Shown piece by piece: positions 11,901 through 24,354 of a stretch of 64,000 nt of DNA (position 1 is the first letter of the stretch; each line of letters opens with the position of its first letter). The stretch is from Amphiura filiformis (Eukaryota), in assembly GCF_039555335.1 (NCBI RefSeq), contig NC_092646.1, positions 36,859,911 through 36,923,910 of the forward strand, given 5' to 3'. The translations under genes were made by a program, and so were the position numbers. The notes under the pieces are model-generated. The model was given only the letters and a program-made list of their open reading frames with translations. It was not told the origin of the DNA and did no database searches.

Positions 11901-12041
11901 GTGAGTCATGGGGATCGTGGTCCGAGTGTAGCAACTGTGACAGCAGTGGATGGGGTAACCAATACAGATATAGAATGTGCTGTGACGTTACCGGTCGTAC
12001 ATCATTCCAAGATCGAGCGTTACGCCGGTGCAGTGGTTGTC
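11901..12041 (+). CDS. Gene 2 exon D: TSP1-like repeat (ESWGSWSECSNCDSSGWGNQYRYRMCCDVTGRTSFQDRALRRCSGC). Phase 1-1, 141 nt
   Basis: Acceptor gaacttatag|GT, donor C|gtaagt. T+GT=Cys joins exon C in frame. Confidence 0.6.
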
Positions 12042-13626
12042 GTAAGTGTAACCAATCTTTTTCTCTTTCATATTCCAATCTCATATAATGTGTATACTAC
12101 TGTAAATTTGCAAAGAATTTGGCACCACTTTTTCAATTACTTTATTATTTAAATATATATCCATTATTTTAACAAAAATCAAGTTGCATTATTATTACTG
12201 GGATCAAAAGTAATTTTGCGTTATCGTATAAATTTTATTCTTTTGTTTTTAGTTAGCTGAATTAGTCAATGTCGTTTACTTTCGAACCCATAGCATACAA
12301 ACATGTTGGTGCAAATTTAACAAAAACACTTAAGAGTCGATCTACGCTGACCGCTGACCTGCATTCCGAAGTTTTATCATATCTCTCCAAATCACAGCAT
12401 TCAGGTTCTAATATGCAGCTGATAGAAAACATTTCAAGACACTAAAAACAGCATTGATGTTTCAAATTGTACTTAAAATTCTGATTTTGATACACTTTTT
12501 TGCTTAACTCAAGCGCCTCAAACCCCATTGCAATTAAACTGCATTCTTTTCAGTTCTTTGAAAGAAATCCTTATCAAATCCATATACTATACTTCTCACA
12601 GCATTAATATTATTATACTAGTTTAGTTGGAGGACCTCGGAAAACAACTTCTAATCAACGTGTCTACTAGATCGGAACACATGCGTGGGAAAGTAATACT
12701 TGCGTTTAAAAAATCAGAAAGTGTCTCTAGGGTCCAACAGGGGGAGGGTAAAATTTCATATAGCACGGTTGCTCAGACTTTGTCAAAATCTACGCATATT
12801 TAGAAAAAGTATTGATCTATCTGCGACATATCATTCTTGAGTTGTATAGCAGACAGGTTAATTGGGAGGGGTGATCAGTTTTTTTTGATCACATGGGAGT
12901 CAAAACTAAGAGTGCTGGTTCTTGACCAAATCTGAGCAATTATGAAATTTCAACCCTGTGGACCCTTAGGGACACTATTTGATTTTTAAAACAATTTATA
13001 TTTTTCTACGCATGTTTTCTGATCTCAAAACGTATATAAGAAGATGATTTCCGAGGACGCACGCTAGGCCCTTCTTCTAACTAAATTATTAGTATTGAGA
13101 AAACACTAAAGCTCTTTGAAAATTGGGCACTGTGGGTCAATGTCACCTTAAAAGCTAAAGGTCCGCTGATTTTGAAATTGAATTTTCGGGGGCAAATAAG
13201 CCCTCTGTCACCTAAAATGTGTAATAACTCAGTAAATAGTCAGTAATGACTTCATCAACGAGTGCTTTTTGACTTTGAGTGCTATCTACTTCTTCTCTCT
13301 CAGCGTCACCCACACACAGCAGAAGGGGATGGGTCACCTGATCTGGCATTACATGACTAATTTTTGTACGCTCGCTTTCGTCAGAAAATCTTAAAAGCAG
13401 TCGCGGACATTCCACATTATTTAGTCTGGGGAATCCTGACCGTCCCACTTCCAGTCAACCCCTAATACCATTACCATAAGTTCTAAATCCTGCGCACGCC
13501 ATTGATAATGACCAAATCGGTTTAAAAGTTCAAATTGGCAGTAATGAAATGTTATCTTTTATGTCTCGTTTTGCATCCATTTCTCTTATACTTTTTCTTT
13601 TCTTGTTTTTTATTATATTTTACCAG

Positions 13627-14279
13627 CGTCATGTTTTGCGTCCGACTCTATGGTTCGCGTGAAACTACTCACCAAAGATGACACGAAAATAGAACGTAAA
13701 CGAATGGATCAACTGAAAGTAGGAGATCACGTTGAAAGCTTTGACCCGGAAACCAACTCGGTAGCATTTTCTGAAGTGTACTTCATATCTCATGAAGATG
13801 AAACCAGCAACTCCTCTCGCTTGATAAAGTTAGTGTTCGGATTCGAGGATGAGAAAGAGCTATCTCTTCGTCTGCATTCGAAGCATTTGGTCTACGCGTG
13901 CAGTATTGAGGAGAAAGCTGAACCAAATGTAGCACCCATCACTGATTCCTGTCGGTATCCACCGATGAATCCAGTAACCGCTGGGAGCGTGAAAATAGGC
14001 GATATCGTGTGGCTGAGAAATTCTGCCGGTGAATTCTCGCCAAAACCGGTGATCGACATCGGTGAGTCCTGGAATGGCATTCGACATCCAATGACTCTTA
14101 ACCATTACATCGTTGTAGATGATGTTTTGGCGTCTGTTCATATGTATGATGAAAGTCTATACAGGCAGGTCACGGCTCCGTTGAGGTTTCTGTATGTCAT
14201 CAGCCCGTATATTACCGACACAAGCATTGTTAAGAAGCTGGTCCAAATGTGGGATAATGTTGAAGAAAAATTCTTGTAA
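13627..14279 (+). CDS. Gene 2 terminal exon: Hint (Hog) domain, about 87 percent identical to 1863-2506. Stop at 14277-14279
   Basis: Acceptor tattttaccag|CG, phase 1, compatible with exon D (C+CG=Pro). Same Hint motifs as gene 1. Confidence 0.8.
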
Positions 14280-16849
14280 GGCACAGGTTCTGGATAAATT
14301 TCTATGTAGTTAAGAAAATATAACTCGATTGGTATTAAAGCTAACATCAGCTATAACTATTTGGGTCTCGCGGTCTGGTTTTTTTCTACTTTTTTAGTCG
14401 TTTCTCTTCAGGTTAAACCAAGTTTGAGGTGCAAATACGTACAACACCAATGATAACGTGATAAAGTCAAAGATTCATTTAACACAAACTTCCTTCAAAA
14501 TGAAAATTGCTCAAGGGTATGTAAATTCACGGTCGAACGGATATGTTTTCTTGGAAAATGGAGAGAACAAAAAGTTGTGTCGAACAAAAAATATCGGTGT
14601 TTATTGTTTTAGGTTACGACAAACAAACAAGTTGTTACGCCTTGTAAAGTATACTAAACAGATACAATTTAAATGTAGTAGTACAAAGTGAATATAAAGG
14701 ACAACTTGCTTATATTAAGCAAATAAGTCTTTTAAGATATGATCTAACATGTGTAAGTGGTAAATTACTGAAAGTGGAATAAACAACATAAATACACCGA
14801 AATCAAGCTATTGAATATCGATAATACAATATCATGCAACTTCCTTTGCTGCAAATGATGCAATTACAGGTACCTTGCGGGGCAAGTTTAGTTTTTTCGG
14901 GGTGTATTGTTTTAGTTTTCAACAAACAAGTTGTTACGCCTTGTAAAGTATACTAAACAGATACAATTTAAATGTACTAGTACAAAGTGAATATAAAGGA
15001 CAACTTGCTTATATTAAGCAAATAAATCTTAAGATATGATCTAACATGTGTAAGTGGTAAATTACTGAAAGTGGAATAAACAACATAAATACACCGAAAT
15101 CAAGCTATTGAATATCGATAATACAATATCATGCAACTTCCTTTGCTGCAAATGATGTAATTACAGGTACCTTGCGGGGCATGTTTGTTTGTACATCATT
15201 TGTGTACATTTTGATTTATTTCATTTTTGCTGAACCATGGAATGGTATCGGCCTGTGTTTATTAGTGGCTTGCTAAGTTACTTACTGACTAACATTTTGG
15301 TCTGAAATGGGCATATTTAAAAATGCCACGAATGTATGACCCCCGAGTGGTGTCAAATGAAAGAGGAAAAAGTAAAGAATATAACAAAAACATTTCCCCA
15401 CCCGGGAGTGACACTCATTATAAGATTCTGGTCAATATTTCTATTTTGGGTCTATATCTCGAAGACGATATGACCCCGGGTGACAGTGGTATACCATAAA
15501 CTACTGCCATTACCCCATGGTTCAGCTATAGTGCGGTAACCGTTCTAGTTACCAAGTGTATAACCGAATACAGTAAAATTTACTTTCAATTTATTATGAT
15601 TTATCTCCAAATCAAGTGATTTTACTAAAATGATGTACGAAAAAAAAAGATTACTGGCGGGGTGCTTGGTTGTGTTGACAAAAAAACACCATAATCATTG
15701 TTCTTAATATCTGATATTACGCAAGCGAAATAGAATTTATCTAGATGATCTGCAACTCATCAGTGTACAGATTTTTCACACAAAAAGCACCAAATGTTTC
15801 CCAAATCGAGGTCTTTAAAGGGCACCGTCATTCAGAGAGAATGCAACCGGGAATACAAAATAATAACAAAATAAGGAATAAAAGCAATTAATGTAGTATT
15901 TTAAGCATAATTATAACCATATCATATAACACCGATATTGCCACAATCATAATGTGTGATTCTTATGTGTACTTTTGATGACTGTAAACTCGTACAATGA
16001 AATAAAATAAAATATATTGATATTAAATCATAACATTATTGTTTGGTCAATTATTTGTTACGTCAATGTGTATCGATGTTATGCTTACGGGTACATATGT
16101 ACGCTGACCTAGTGATCGGTGTTCATGTTAAATACCAGTAACCCGGACAACAATTTTTCGTTGTTACAACGTCGTATAAAAGTAATCTACGTTGTACGAC
16201 GTAGATATAACGTCATTATGACGTTATTGCGACGCAAAGTTGTGAAAGTATAATTCACACGACGTAAACAACGTCATTACAATGTCAAAAGTAGTAGTGT
16301 TAGACTTTTGGCACGTTTAATCAATAATCAATAATCGATCGAGATATCAATAATGAATCAGTAAATCAAAGTAAACATGATTCCACGAACGTTTTAATAG
16401 ATAAATTGATACTTAATTGGTGCTCCCGGTGACTAGTGGAAAATTCTTCCTTCATCCAATCGGAAAAGTGTTTATATCGAACGAAAGTTAACACCTCCCG
16501 CTAAAAACACCTTTTTTCATTACGTCAACAGATGACGTAATTCAATGTTTATAGTAAGGTGAATGTGGTAAAGCTGTTGAAAACGGCCTCTTCACGCACA
16601 ATTTTTGACCAAGGTTTAGGTTTTAAAAGTCAAAACCCCGATTGATCCTTACAATATTTTTCAAATTTTACGTCATTAAATGAAAGAGCACCCTTACATT
16701 GCCCACATACTAGATTCATTTCAATGAGCAATAGCCAATTCTCTTTCAATTGCAAATTTGTGCAAAAAGTTAATATTTTCACCTGTTTTGTCATACGGTT
16801 GTAAATTCAATGAACAATGACTTTGCTAAAAGAAATTGATATGTCACAC

Positions 16850-17300
16850 TGCGAAAGCCGATCAGCCCGGAGACCCGCCCCCGACATCAAGCCCATCCGA
16901 ACCTCTCCCAGAGCGCCCAACCCCCGGCCTGCTCCCCCAGGACCCCCAGGATCTCCAACTCATAGCTCCTCCTTCTCAGCCAACCCGGTGGCACCAAACA
17001 GAAGACCTAGCCCGGCTGGACCCCTCCTTCCCGACACTGTCACAGCCCACATCTCGAAGGCCACCCCTCCAGGCATCCGCCCAGACTAGCAAGCAACAGC
17101 CCCATCCATTGGTGGTCTCCAGATGCAATCCCACAAAACAAGGCGGAACCACCCGCACAGAGGCAGAGCTGGCCCCCACACCAACCACCTTGGCTACCAA
17201 TGAAGACAGAGAACAAAAGTGGACCCAACATTGACCCCCGGGGAACTGATGCACCGATGGAGGAAGCACTGACCGGCCAGACAAGACAACTCTGACGGAA
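16850..17300. other. Isolated GC-rich (Pro/Ala/Gly-codon-rich) island in AT-rich DNA; open in several frames on both strands; unassigned
   Basis: Base composition shift. ORFs 16817..17234(+), 16976..17284(-) without recognisable domains. Confidence 0.3.
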
Positions 17301-17869
17301 CGATCCGTCAGGTAGGCCTAGCTCCTAATCCAGGTGAGCAGTATTGCCATGAGTTTTGAGCAAAGGCCATTATGCCATACCTTGTCAGATCCTCCTTTGA
17401 TGTCCAGTGCAATCAGGCGTACTTCTCTTCGTCCCACGGCTGTTTGATGTATATAGAACTGGCTTCATTATTAACTAAATGCAAACTATTGATGGCGCTA
17501 TTTATTCTAAATCATATTTCTTCATTTGCAATGGTTAGGTGTTTAATACTGCCATTAAAACAGCTGCAATAGGTAAAACAAGCAACAAGGAAATTTTATA
17601 AACATATTTTATCAAACAATAAAAGGAATTATTTGTATTAAAAGCTTGAAAGGGTAATTTCCAGTAACTAAATAGCGCCACCAATTTTGTCATTAATAGA
17701 TACATTTTATATACGAAAAAGCTTTAAAAAATACTATAAAAGTGAATAATTTTGTAAAAGAGGGGAAATTAAAGTTGAGAACGACTCAAAAGCATCTGTA
17801 TACATTAGCACGATATCACTATTAGCTGTTTAAGCCTAAAATTTGTTTATACATGATGTTTTGTTTGAA

Positions 17870-18100
17870 AAACTAATAAATGAGACCATCAAACAACCGA
17901 GAGTTGGACCACACTTGGGTCAGTATTGCAAGGACGATGCAAAGCAGAGAGATGGAGCGGTACATAGATGGATTAGACTTGGAATATCTCTTGTGAATAG
18001 GGATGATAGATGCATTCTTCCATTGGCTTGGGAAAACTCCCTTGGGGAAGCAAAGCTCAAACAGAAGGCTGAGTGGTTTTGCGATGCACTCCATCAGCCG
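17870..18100 (-). mobile_element. LINE reverse-transcriptase N-terminal fragment
   Basis: VFPSQWKNASIIPIHKRYSKSNPSMYRSISLL resembles RT domain 0/1 of the LINE at 44.3-45.3 kb (GVFPNALKSALVTPILKK...NYRPISNL). Confidence 0.55.
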
Positions 18101-19483
18101 CTATTCTATCATTTTTGTGTGTGTCCGTAATATCTCGAAAAGCCTATAATGGGGATGATTGTATGGACCATCATTCCTTTATTTAAACATTTGGGGCTTC
18201 ATTCCCCCGAGATATACGCCTACATGCTCTGTGTACATGTAGGCCTAGTGAATAAAATAATGTTGCAATTCAATAAAAATAGTTGAAAGTGAAATCTTAC
18301 TTCGCCCAGACTAGACAAACAAGAGCGGGATGTGCGTGGGGAAATTTCCGTACCAACTCGGTCGCGGACTATCGGGTATCTACTGAAACTACCATATTAG
18401 GCCAAGTAAAAATAAAAATATGTTTTTCGTCCGAGTTTTTGAAAATTTGGAAGATGAAAGGCTTTTTAGTGTCCATTTTTTATTGGAAAACGACGCTAAA
18501 TACCTGTATTTGGCACCATATTTTGGGTATTCGACATACAGATTGATATCTGAGAAAAAAGGAGGAGGCCCTTTTTATTCTATTGTTTTGAGAGGTAGGC
18601 CCCTCTAGTGATCACAAAACTCTTTTGAAATGATGTATTATGCATTTACAAAGCCGTAAAATAAGTTTCAACCTCTGAAACATATTTTTCAACAAGTTAT
18701 ACTGCAAGTTTACAAAATAAAAAGAAATTTGAAAAATCTTCAAAAAAGGAGGAGGGCGCAGACGAGAAACATGTATTTGTTTTTTAATAGGCCTAACACC
18801 ATAATATGAGATCTTCAATTGTTTATAATTAGGCCTAAGTCTGTTCGTCCCAGGTATCATGAACACGTTTGAACTTGGCTGCAGCTGGCACAAAAACACA
18901 CTGACATGGCAACACGTGATTCATGTATAATTTTATTTGTTGGACAATTCTTGAAAATGCGCAATAACTAAATAATGATATAATGGAAAACAACAAATTA
19001 AAAAAATCAATGGTGTGTGGATCCAGAGTCCCCCTTGCGGGATGGGCGGTGGATTTGGATCAACCCTTCCCTCCCCCACTTTTTTTCTTTTAGATTCTTG
19101 AGCGCCCTGGGTAGAAAATTTTAGTCAACCTTTTCGGGCTGCTGATTAAGGGGCGGCAAACTTTATTTTCTCCAGCCCCCCCGGGTAGGATCGCCCACGG
19201 TGCGCCACTGGAGGTGGTTATAGGCATGTTTAACCAATCATTGGAGTAATTTCAGCTCAAGTTTAAAACTCGCACGCAACAGCGGCGCGACCCTGGATCC
19301 GCGACTGATAATTTGGTGTAACTTTGGTCATTGTGATGTGAAAACAATACTTTTGAAACTAGGCCTATATACTTTAGTTTCCAATTATTATTTTTGAACC
19401 ATGCGGGACAAAACAAACAAGTACATGTAGGCCTAATGATCCATTACAGGGTCTCACAATAACGCCTACTAACATGACTAACC

Positions 19484-20033
19484 TCCCCCGGGTGCGTAAT
19501 TTCTTTCTGCAACCATAATGGGCCGCAATGCGATAACACATACCGGTAGTACATACATGTAAATTACATTGTAATTATAGGCCTATGAGGCTAGATATAA
19601 CACGAGTTTATTGCCATTATTATTTCCTCTTACTTAATAAAATAAAAAGAAATCGATAGAATTGAAATTCTACAACGGTTTACCTGGGGTTTCGAACCCA
19701 CAATCTATGTATCCATAGTCTAATGCCTACACGACTGTGCTAGGATTCGTTGTGCCAGAAAGGTGTTTGTTTATGATACTTAATGATTACGGAATAAAGT
19801 GCATACAAACAATATACTATTACTAGTATATTAATAAATACGAATATAATCCTAACCCTAACCCTTACCCTAACCCCTAACCCTAACCATAACCATAACC
19901 CCTAACCCTTACCCTAACCATAAGACCCTAACCCTAAGACCCTAACCCTGACAATAATGAACCTTGCCTCGGACTATGCGGTGAGTGATATATTGCGGCC
20001 CATTATGGTTGCAGAAAGAAATTAAGCCCCCCG
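19484..20033. mobile_element. Element bounded by about 40-bp inverted repeats (..gggtgcgtaatttctttctgcaaccataatgggccgcaa / ttgcggcccattatggttgcagaaagaaattaagccc..). Contains a tRNA-like segment (minus, about 19650-19730) and the telomeric-repeat tract
   Basis: 32-bp perfect inverted repeat read directly. tRNA-like T-arm GGGTTCGAAACCC on the minus strand. Confidence 0.55.
19850..19952. repeat. Interstitial degenerate telomeric repeat (CCCTAA/TTAGGG)n, about 100 bp
   Basis: cctaaccctaacccttaccctaacccctaaccctaacc... Confidence 0.9.
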
Positions 20034-21849
20034 GGTATTTGTCTTTGTTGAAATGTTATATCTCATGACTTGCATTATTTTGCTTTATAATTTAGCATAT
20101 GAATTTGTAACCTTTGTTCATGTTAAATATTATTGGCACTTTTGTTGTAGGGCCCAGCGCCCAAACTTTTTGGTCGCGACGCGCCACTAAAACACTTTTA
20201 GTGGTATAAACCCGCAGTTCAGGGAGATGGAGGACAGTGGCGTAGCGCGTGTCATCCTATGGGGGACCATTGAGGGAACCGGGTCTGATAGGGGAGGGGC
20301 AACAGTGGCGTAACTACCGGGGGGGCACGGGGAAACGTGCCCCGGGCACCACACTTAGAGGGGCGCCAAATTGATAAATTGATTCATCGATTGATTCATC
20401 GATTCATCGATTCTGCGCCCCATCCAAAGGATGAAAGTTAGGCACAAAATCAACTGAAAGAACATTTTAAGACCGATATTCAACTTCTAGTAACCAAAAT
20501 TAATTAGTGGTAGGCCTTATTTGTCCGAAATTTGGCGCGCTCCGCGCTCAATTGTTTCAAGAATGGTATGTATCCTTAGCCCTGTGTGCCACAACATCTA
20601 GCTACGCCACTGCCCGCGTCTGAGATATTCTCGGGTAGGGGCGGAAGGGGCGCCAATTTTGTTTCTTGTCCCGGGCGCTATCAACCCTAGTTACGCCACT
20701 GAGGGGCAAGCCGTATTTCAGCAATGGGGTTTTCTCAATTTTAAAATCGATTGGTGCCTGTCCCTATGACGCTACGCCACTGGTGGAGTATGCATGGGTG
20801 AGACTCTCGGTCTAAAGTTTATGTCGTCTAACTTACTACATTTAGGTCTATACAGCTAATACAAAGTTTGCAAATGCAAGCTAATAATTCATACGATTTG
20901 TAGTGGTTTCAAGTTGCTCATTTCAAAACAAGGAACAAAATGAAAATGATAAATGAAAGTTGCTGTTCAAATTGAAAAATGGAGACCTTTCGGTGACAGA
21001 TGAAATCGTAAAGAAAGGTGTCTTTGGATGACAAATCATGTGTTCGAGAAAAATATGGGGTCTTTGGCTGACAACGATAGCTAACGATGCTGAAAACGCG
21101 GGTTACCTACAACGTCGTCTTCAAAGTGGGAGTGTCTACTCCCCGGTTGTTCATATTATTAATAATTCATTACTAATAAAGGAGTCGGAAGAGGTTACAA
21201 ATTGTCTCAATAGAGTCATGCAATCCTATTTTGAGAGGGATTGGGTTCCCCAAAACAGAAAATATTGCACACCGGCCATGCAAATAACCAGTGGATGCCT
21301 TAAAATTTAGGGGGGGAGGGGAGGCGAGCATATTTTGTTCCGGTTCTTTTGCAATTTTACACTCTTTGGGCTATAAACTTGGTGTCACATGCTAAAACAT
21401 ACAGAGGGCAATTATTGCTCTGTTTTTCTTCTGTTGTATAATTTTAGGGGGGGGGGGTCGGACACTACCTATAATTTAGCGGGTCTTGACCACCCCCTAT
21501 GCCAATAACAGGGTGAATGGACATACATCGCCTTTTCCAAAAACATTTCCTCAGTACCTAGACTGTTTAGTTCCAAGTGACTGAATTTGCACATATTACT
21601 CATTTCGCCATAAAATGAAATTTTCCTTGTCATTTTTTTTTACAAAGTTGCATTTTCGTAATTCCATGACTTAATTCTATAACATTTATTTCCTGAATTT
21701 CCATGACCCATAATCAAAATTATATGACTATGCCACCTGACTATGCCATGAAATTTTTAGGTCTTTTGGGGAAAAAATAGAGTACCTTCAATGACACCAG
21801 CTAAATACACTTTCAGGGCAGAGTAATGGGAGAGAACACGGACCTTTTC

Positions 21850-22337
21850 GAGCATCATTATTTTTTAATTGTATGTTCAAAGTATATAAAACTATACATT
21901 TTTGGAAAGGAAATGAGTCAAGGAATCCCATGGTGACGTCAGATTTGTTCAAAAATCTCGAGTTTTTGAAAAAATCACAAAAATGCACTTTTTTACCCCA
22001 ATTTTTTTGTGAAAACTTAAAAAAAAAATCCGTTCGGAGTAAAAAAAAATTAGTTAGTTTTTCATGGAGAAGAGACATGAATTTAGAGAAGGTTTTTTTA
22101 TTTTTATGAAATTCGTCTTATTTTTCGAAATATTGCAAAAAACATGTGAAAAAAGCAATTTTGTCACTCTATTAAGTTAAAAATTGCACATAATGGTGTA
22201 TATTTTTGTTCAAAACAAATATTTTGATAGTGCAAAAGGTTTACCTTTTGCTTGCATATTTTTCGAGTTATCTTGTCACAAAAATCGTACAATATTGTTA
22301 AAAATGAACTCTGAGAAATCGACGTTTTAGTAAAAAA
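21850..22337. repeat. Dispersed repeat family X, copy A left part (continues 23361-24000). Homologous to contiguous copy B at 36030-37020
   Basis: Long near-identical stretches (..gtatataaaactatacatttttggaaaggaaa.gagtcaaggaatcccatg.. and ..aaagctgtatctggtg.atggtcta..). Confidence 0.7.
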
Positions 22338-23360
22338 ATGTCAAAATTATGCACAAAACGTCCTTATATTTTAAAATGGCAAGACTTTCACGCTTGTATA
22401 GATTTTGATACTTGTGCTAATATTGTTAGATCTCTCATCATCTCCCGTCTAGACTACTGCAATCTTCTGTTAAATGGTATCAAACAAAAAGATTTGAATC
22501 GTTTGCAGAAGCTCCAAAACAAATGTGCCCGGCTGATTTACCAACAACCAAAATCTTGCCATATCACTCCCTTGCTCACTGACTTGCACTGGCTCCGTAT
22601 TGATGACCGCATCAAGTTCAAACTTCTCCTCTGTGTGTATAAGTCACTGAATGGACTCTGTCCCCAGTACATGAAAGACTGTCTGGTGGTGAAAAAACCT
22701 CGTCTTGGGTCAGTAACAGAGGATGATTTAAGCACTTCCCAGCAAGTCTTGCGGTTAGCACAGCTGTGTGAGTGAACACACACACCCACTGCATACACAC
22801 GTGCATGGTTAAATTTGAATTTGGACAGATATATTTACAATAAAAACACCTTCTAAAGGTTGGTCGATTTCACATTTTATGTTATCTACAGAAGGTGTGG
22901 ATTATCCTTCATGCATACATCACTTTAGATCTGAAATCGACCAACTAATAATGACACACGGGCAATTCTAAAACAACATCTTTTGCACAGAGTTCAATGG
23001 GATTTGAAAAGTAAAGTGGCAGTTGAAACTCTAGTGATAACACTTTTACAGTGCATGATGGGGCTTCCTTAAATCATCCTCTGGGTCAGTAACCACCCGT
23101 TCTTGTCACAACATGAACCTTGAGGTCCCTAAGACACATAAATGTGCTGGCGACAGGGTCTTCTCAGTGGCTGGCCCCAGAGCTTGGAATAATCTCCCAA
23201 ATCACATTCGCAATTCTCCAACAGTTGAAGCCTTCAAATCTGCTCTCAAAACTCATCTGTTTCAGATTTCCTATGTCTAGTTTTCTTGATTTTTGCTTCT
23301 TTGTTTTTATTTTTATTGCGCTTTGAATCCAGCGGTAAAGGCGCTATATAAGTGTCGGTA
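22338..23360 (+). mobile_element. 3' fragment of L2-like LINE ORF2 (..ISRLDYCNLLL.. then ..RVFSVAGPRAWNNLPNHIRNSPTVEAFKSALKTHLFQ) with a MITE nested at 22716-23083. 3' tail ..ggtaaaggcgctatataag
   Basis: Conserved L2/CR1 C-terminal motifs on both sides of the MITE insertion. Confidence 0.75.
22716..23083. mobile_element. Second copy of the cagaggatgatttaag-TIR MITE, perfect 9-bp TSD ggtcagtaa, inserted inside the L2 fragment
   Basis: TIRs and identical 9-bp flanking repeats at 22707-22715 and 23084-23092. Confidence 0.85.
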
Positions 23361-24354
23361 AATGTAAATGTAAAAGCTGTATCTGGTGTATGGTCTAAAT
23401 ATGCATCTTTTTGCTCCAATGAATCTATAATGTCTGTTTTTAGTGCCCTAAATCCAAAATAATAAAAAAATATAAGTGGCTTTTTTACTGCAAATTTTTG
23501 TTTTGTTTACATCACATTTGCTGGTGTTAACAACATATCGAATGCGTCTGGACTGCATTGGACATCGCGCAGAGTTGCGCCGCGTCACGCCACGCAAATC
23601 GCGCGCGTAATCACAATATTTCGCATTCGCGCATTGCCGACTCATTATTTCCCGCCAATTTACTAAGCTGTCTTGAGCCATGTGACTTTTTAGAGTTGAA
23701 AAGAGTGAAATAAATCAAGCAAATATACGAATAAATATTAGCAAGTATTTTATCAGTTTCAAGTGAAAGAATACATCTTAGTGTTGATAAATATCAAAAA
23801 ATCTCAAATTCGGTCGTGGACGAATGTGTCTTCCATTACTCTGGCCTTAAGCACATATCATTGGATTAATTAATTAAGTTTACTTTCAGGACTGTTAAAT
23901 ATCAAAAATTAAAATTAAATATCAAATTTTAATAATTTGCCTTAAAAATTTGTATAATATCGCGAATTTCAAAAATCAAATTCATTTGATATCAGAAGGA
24001 TATTCCCTCGTATTCAGAATGCAATTTGATGATATGTCTGATGTGCTCTCATGTCCCAGAAAAATACTGTGCAAACGTTGCTATCCGAGCGCCCTCATAA
24101 GCACCTTTAACTGATGAAAGCTGGAGTGTCATCTAAAAATTCAAATCAGAATACTATAGTTTGTGTTTAAGCAAAAGTTTAAACTTCAAATCATCATTTT
24201 ATCAAAACAAATGAACATTGTAATCATTTCTCGTTCTATTCAACCAAAGGTTATTCAGTGGACATGTTAATCAAAGTAAAACATATTGTTTAAAATTGCA
24301 AATAGTATTATATACAACAGTTCAATTTCTTTTTTCACTTTTATATTTATTTCT

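Noticed and set aside
19650-19730. Genuine tRNA gene (minus strand) and tRNA at 41500-41575 / 50620-50690
   Set aside because: T-arm is convincing, but acceptor/anticodon stems do not fold canonically (4-nt anticodon loop, mismatched acceptor). Better explained as tRNA-derived SINE heads/pseudogenes.
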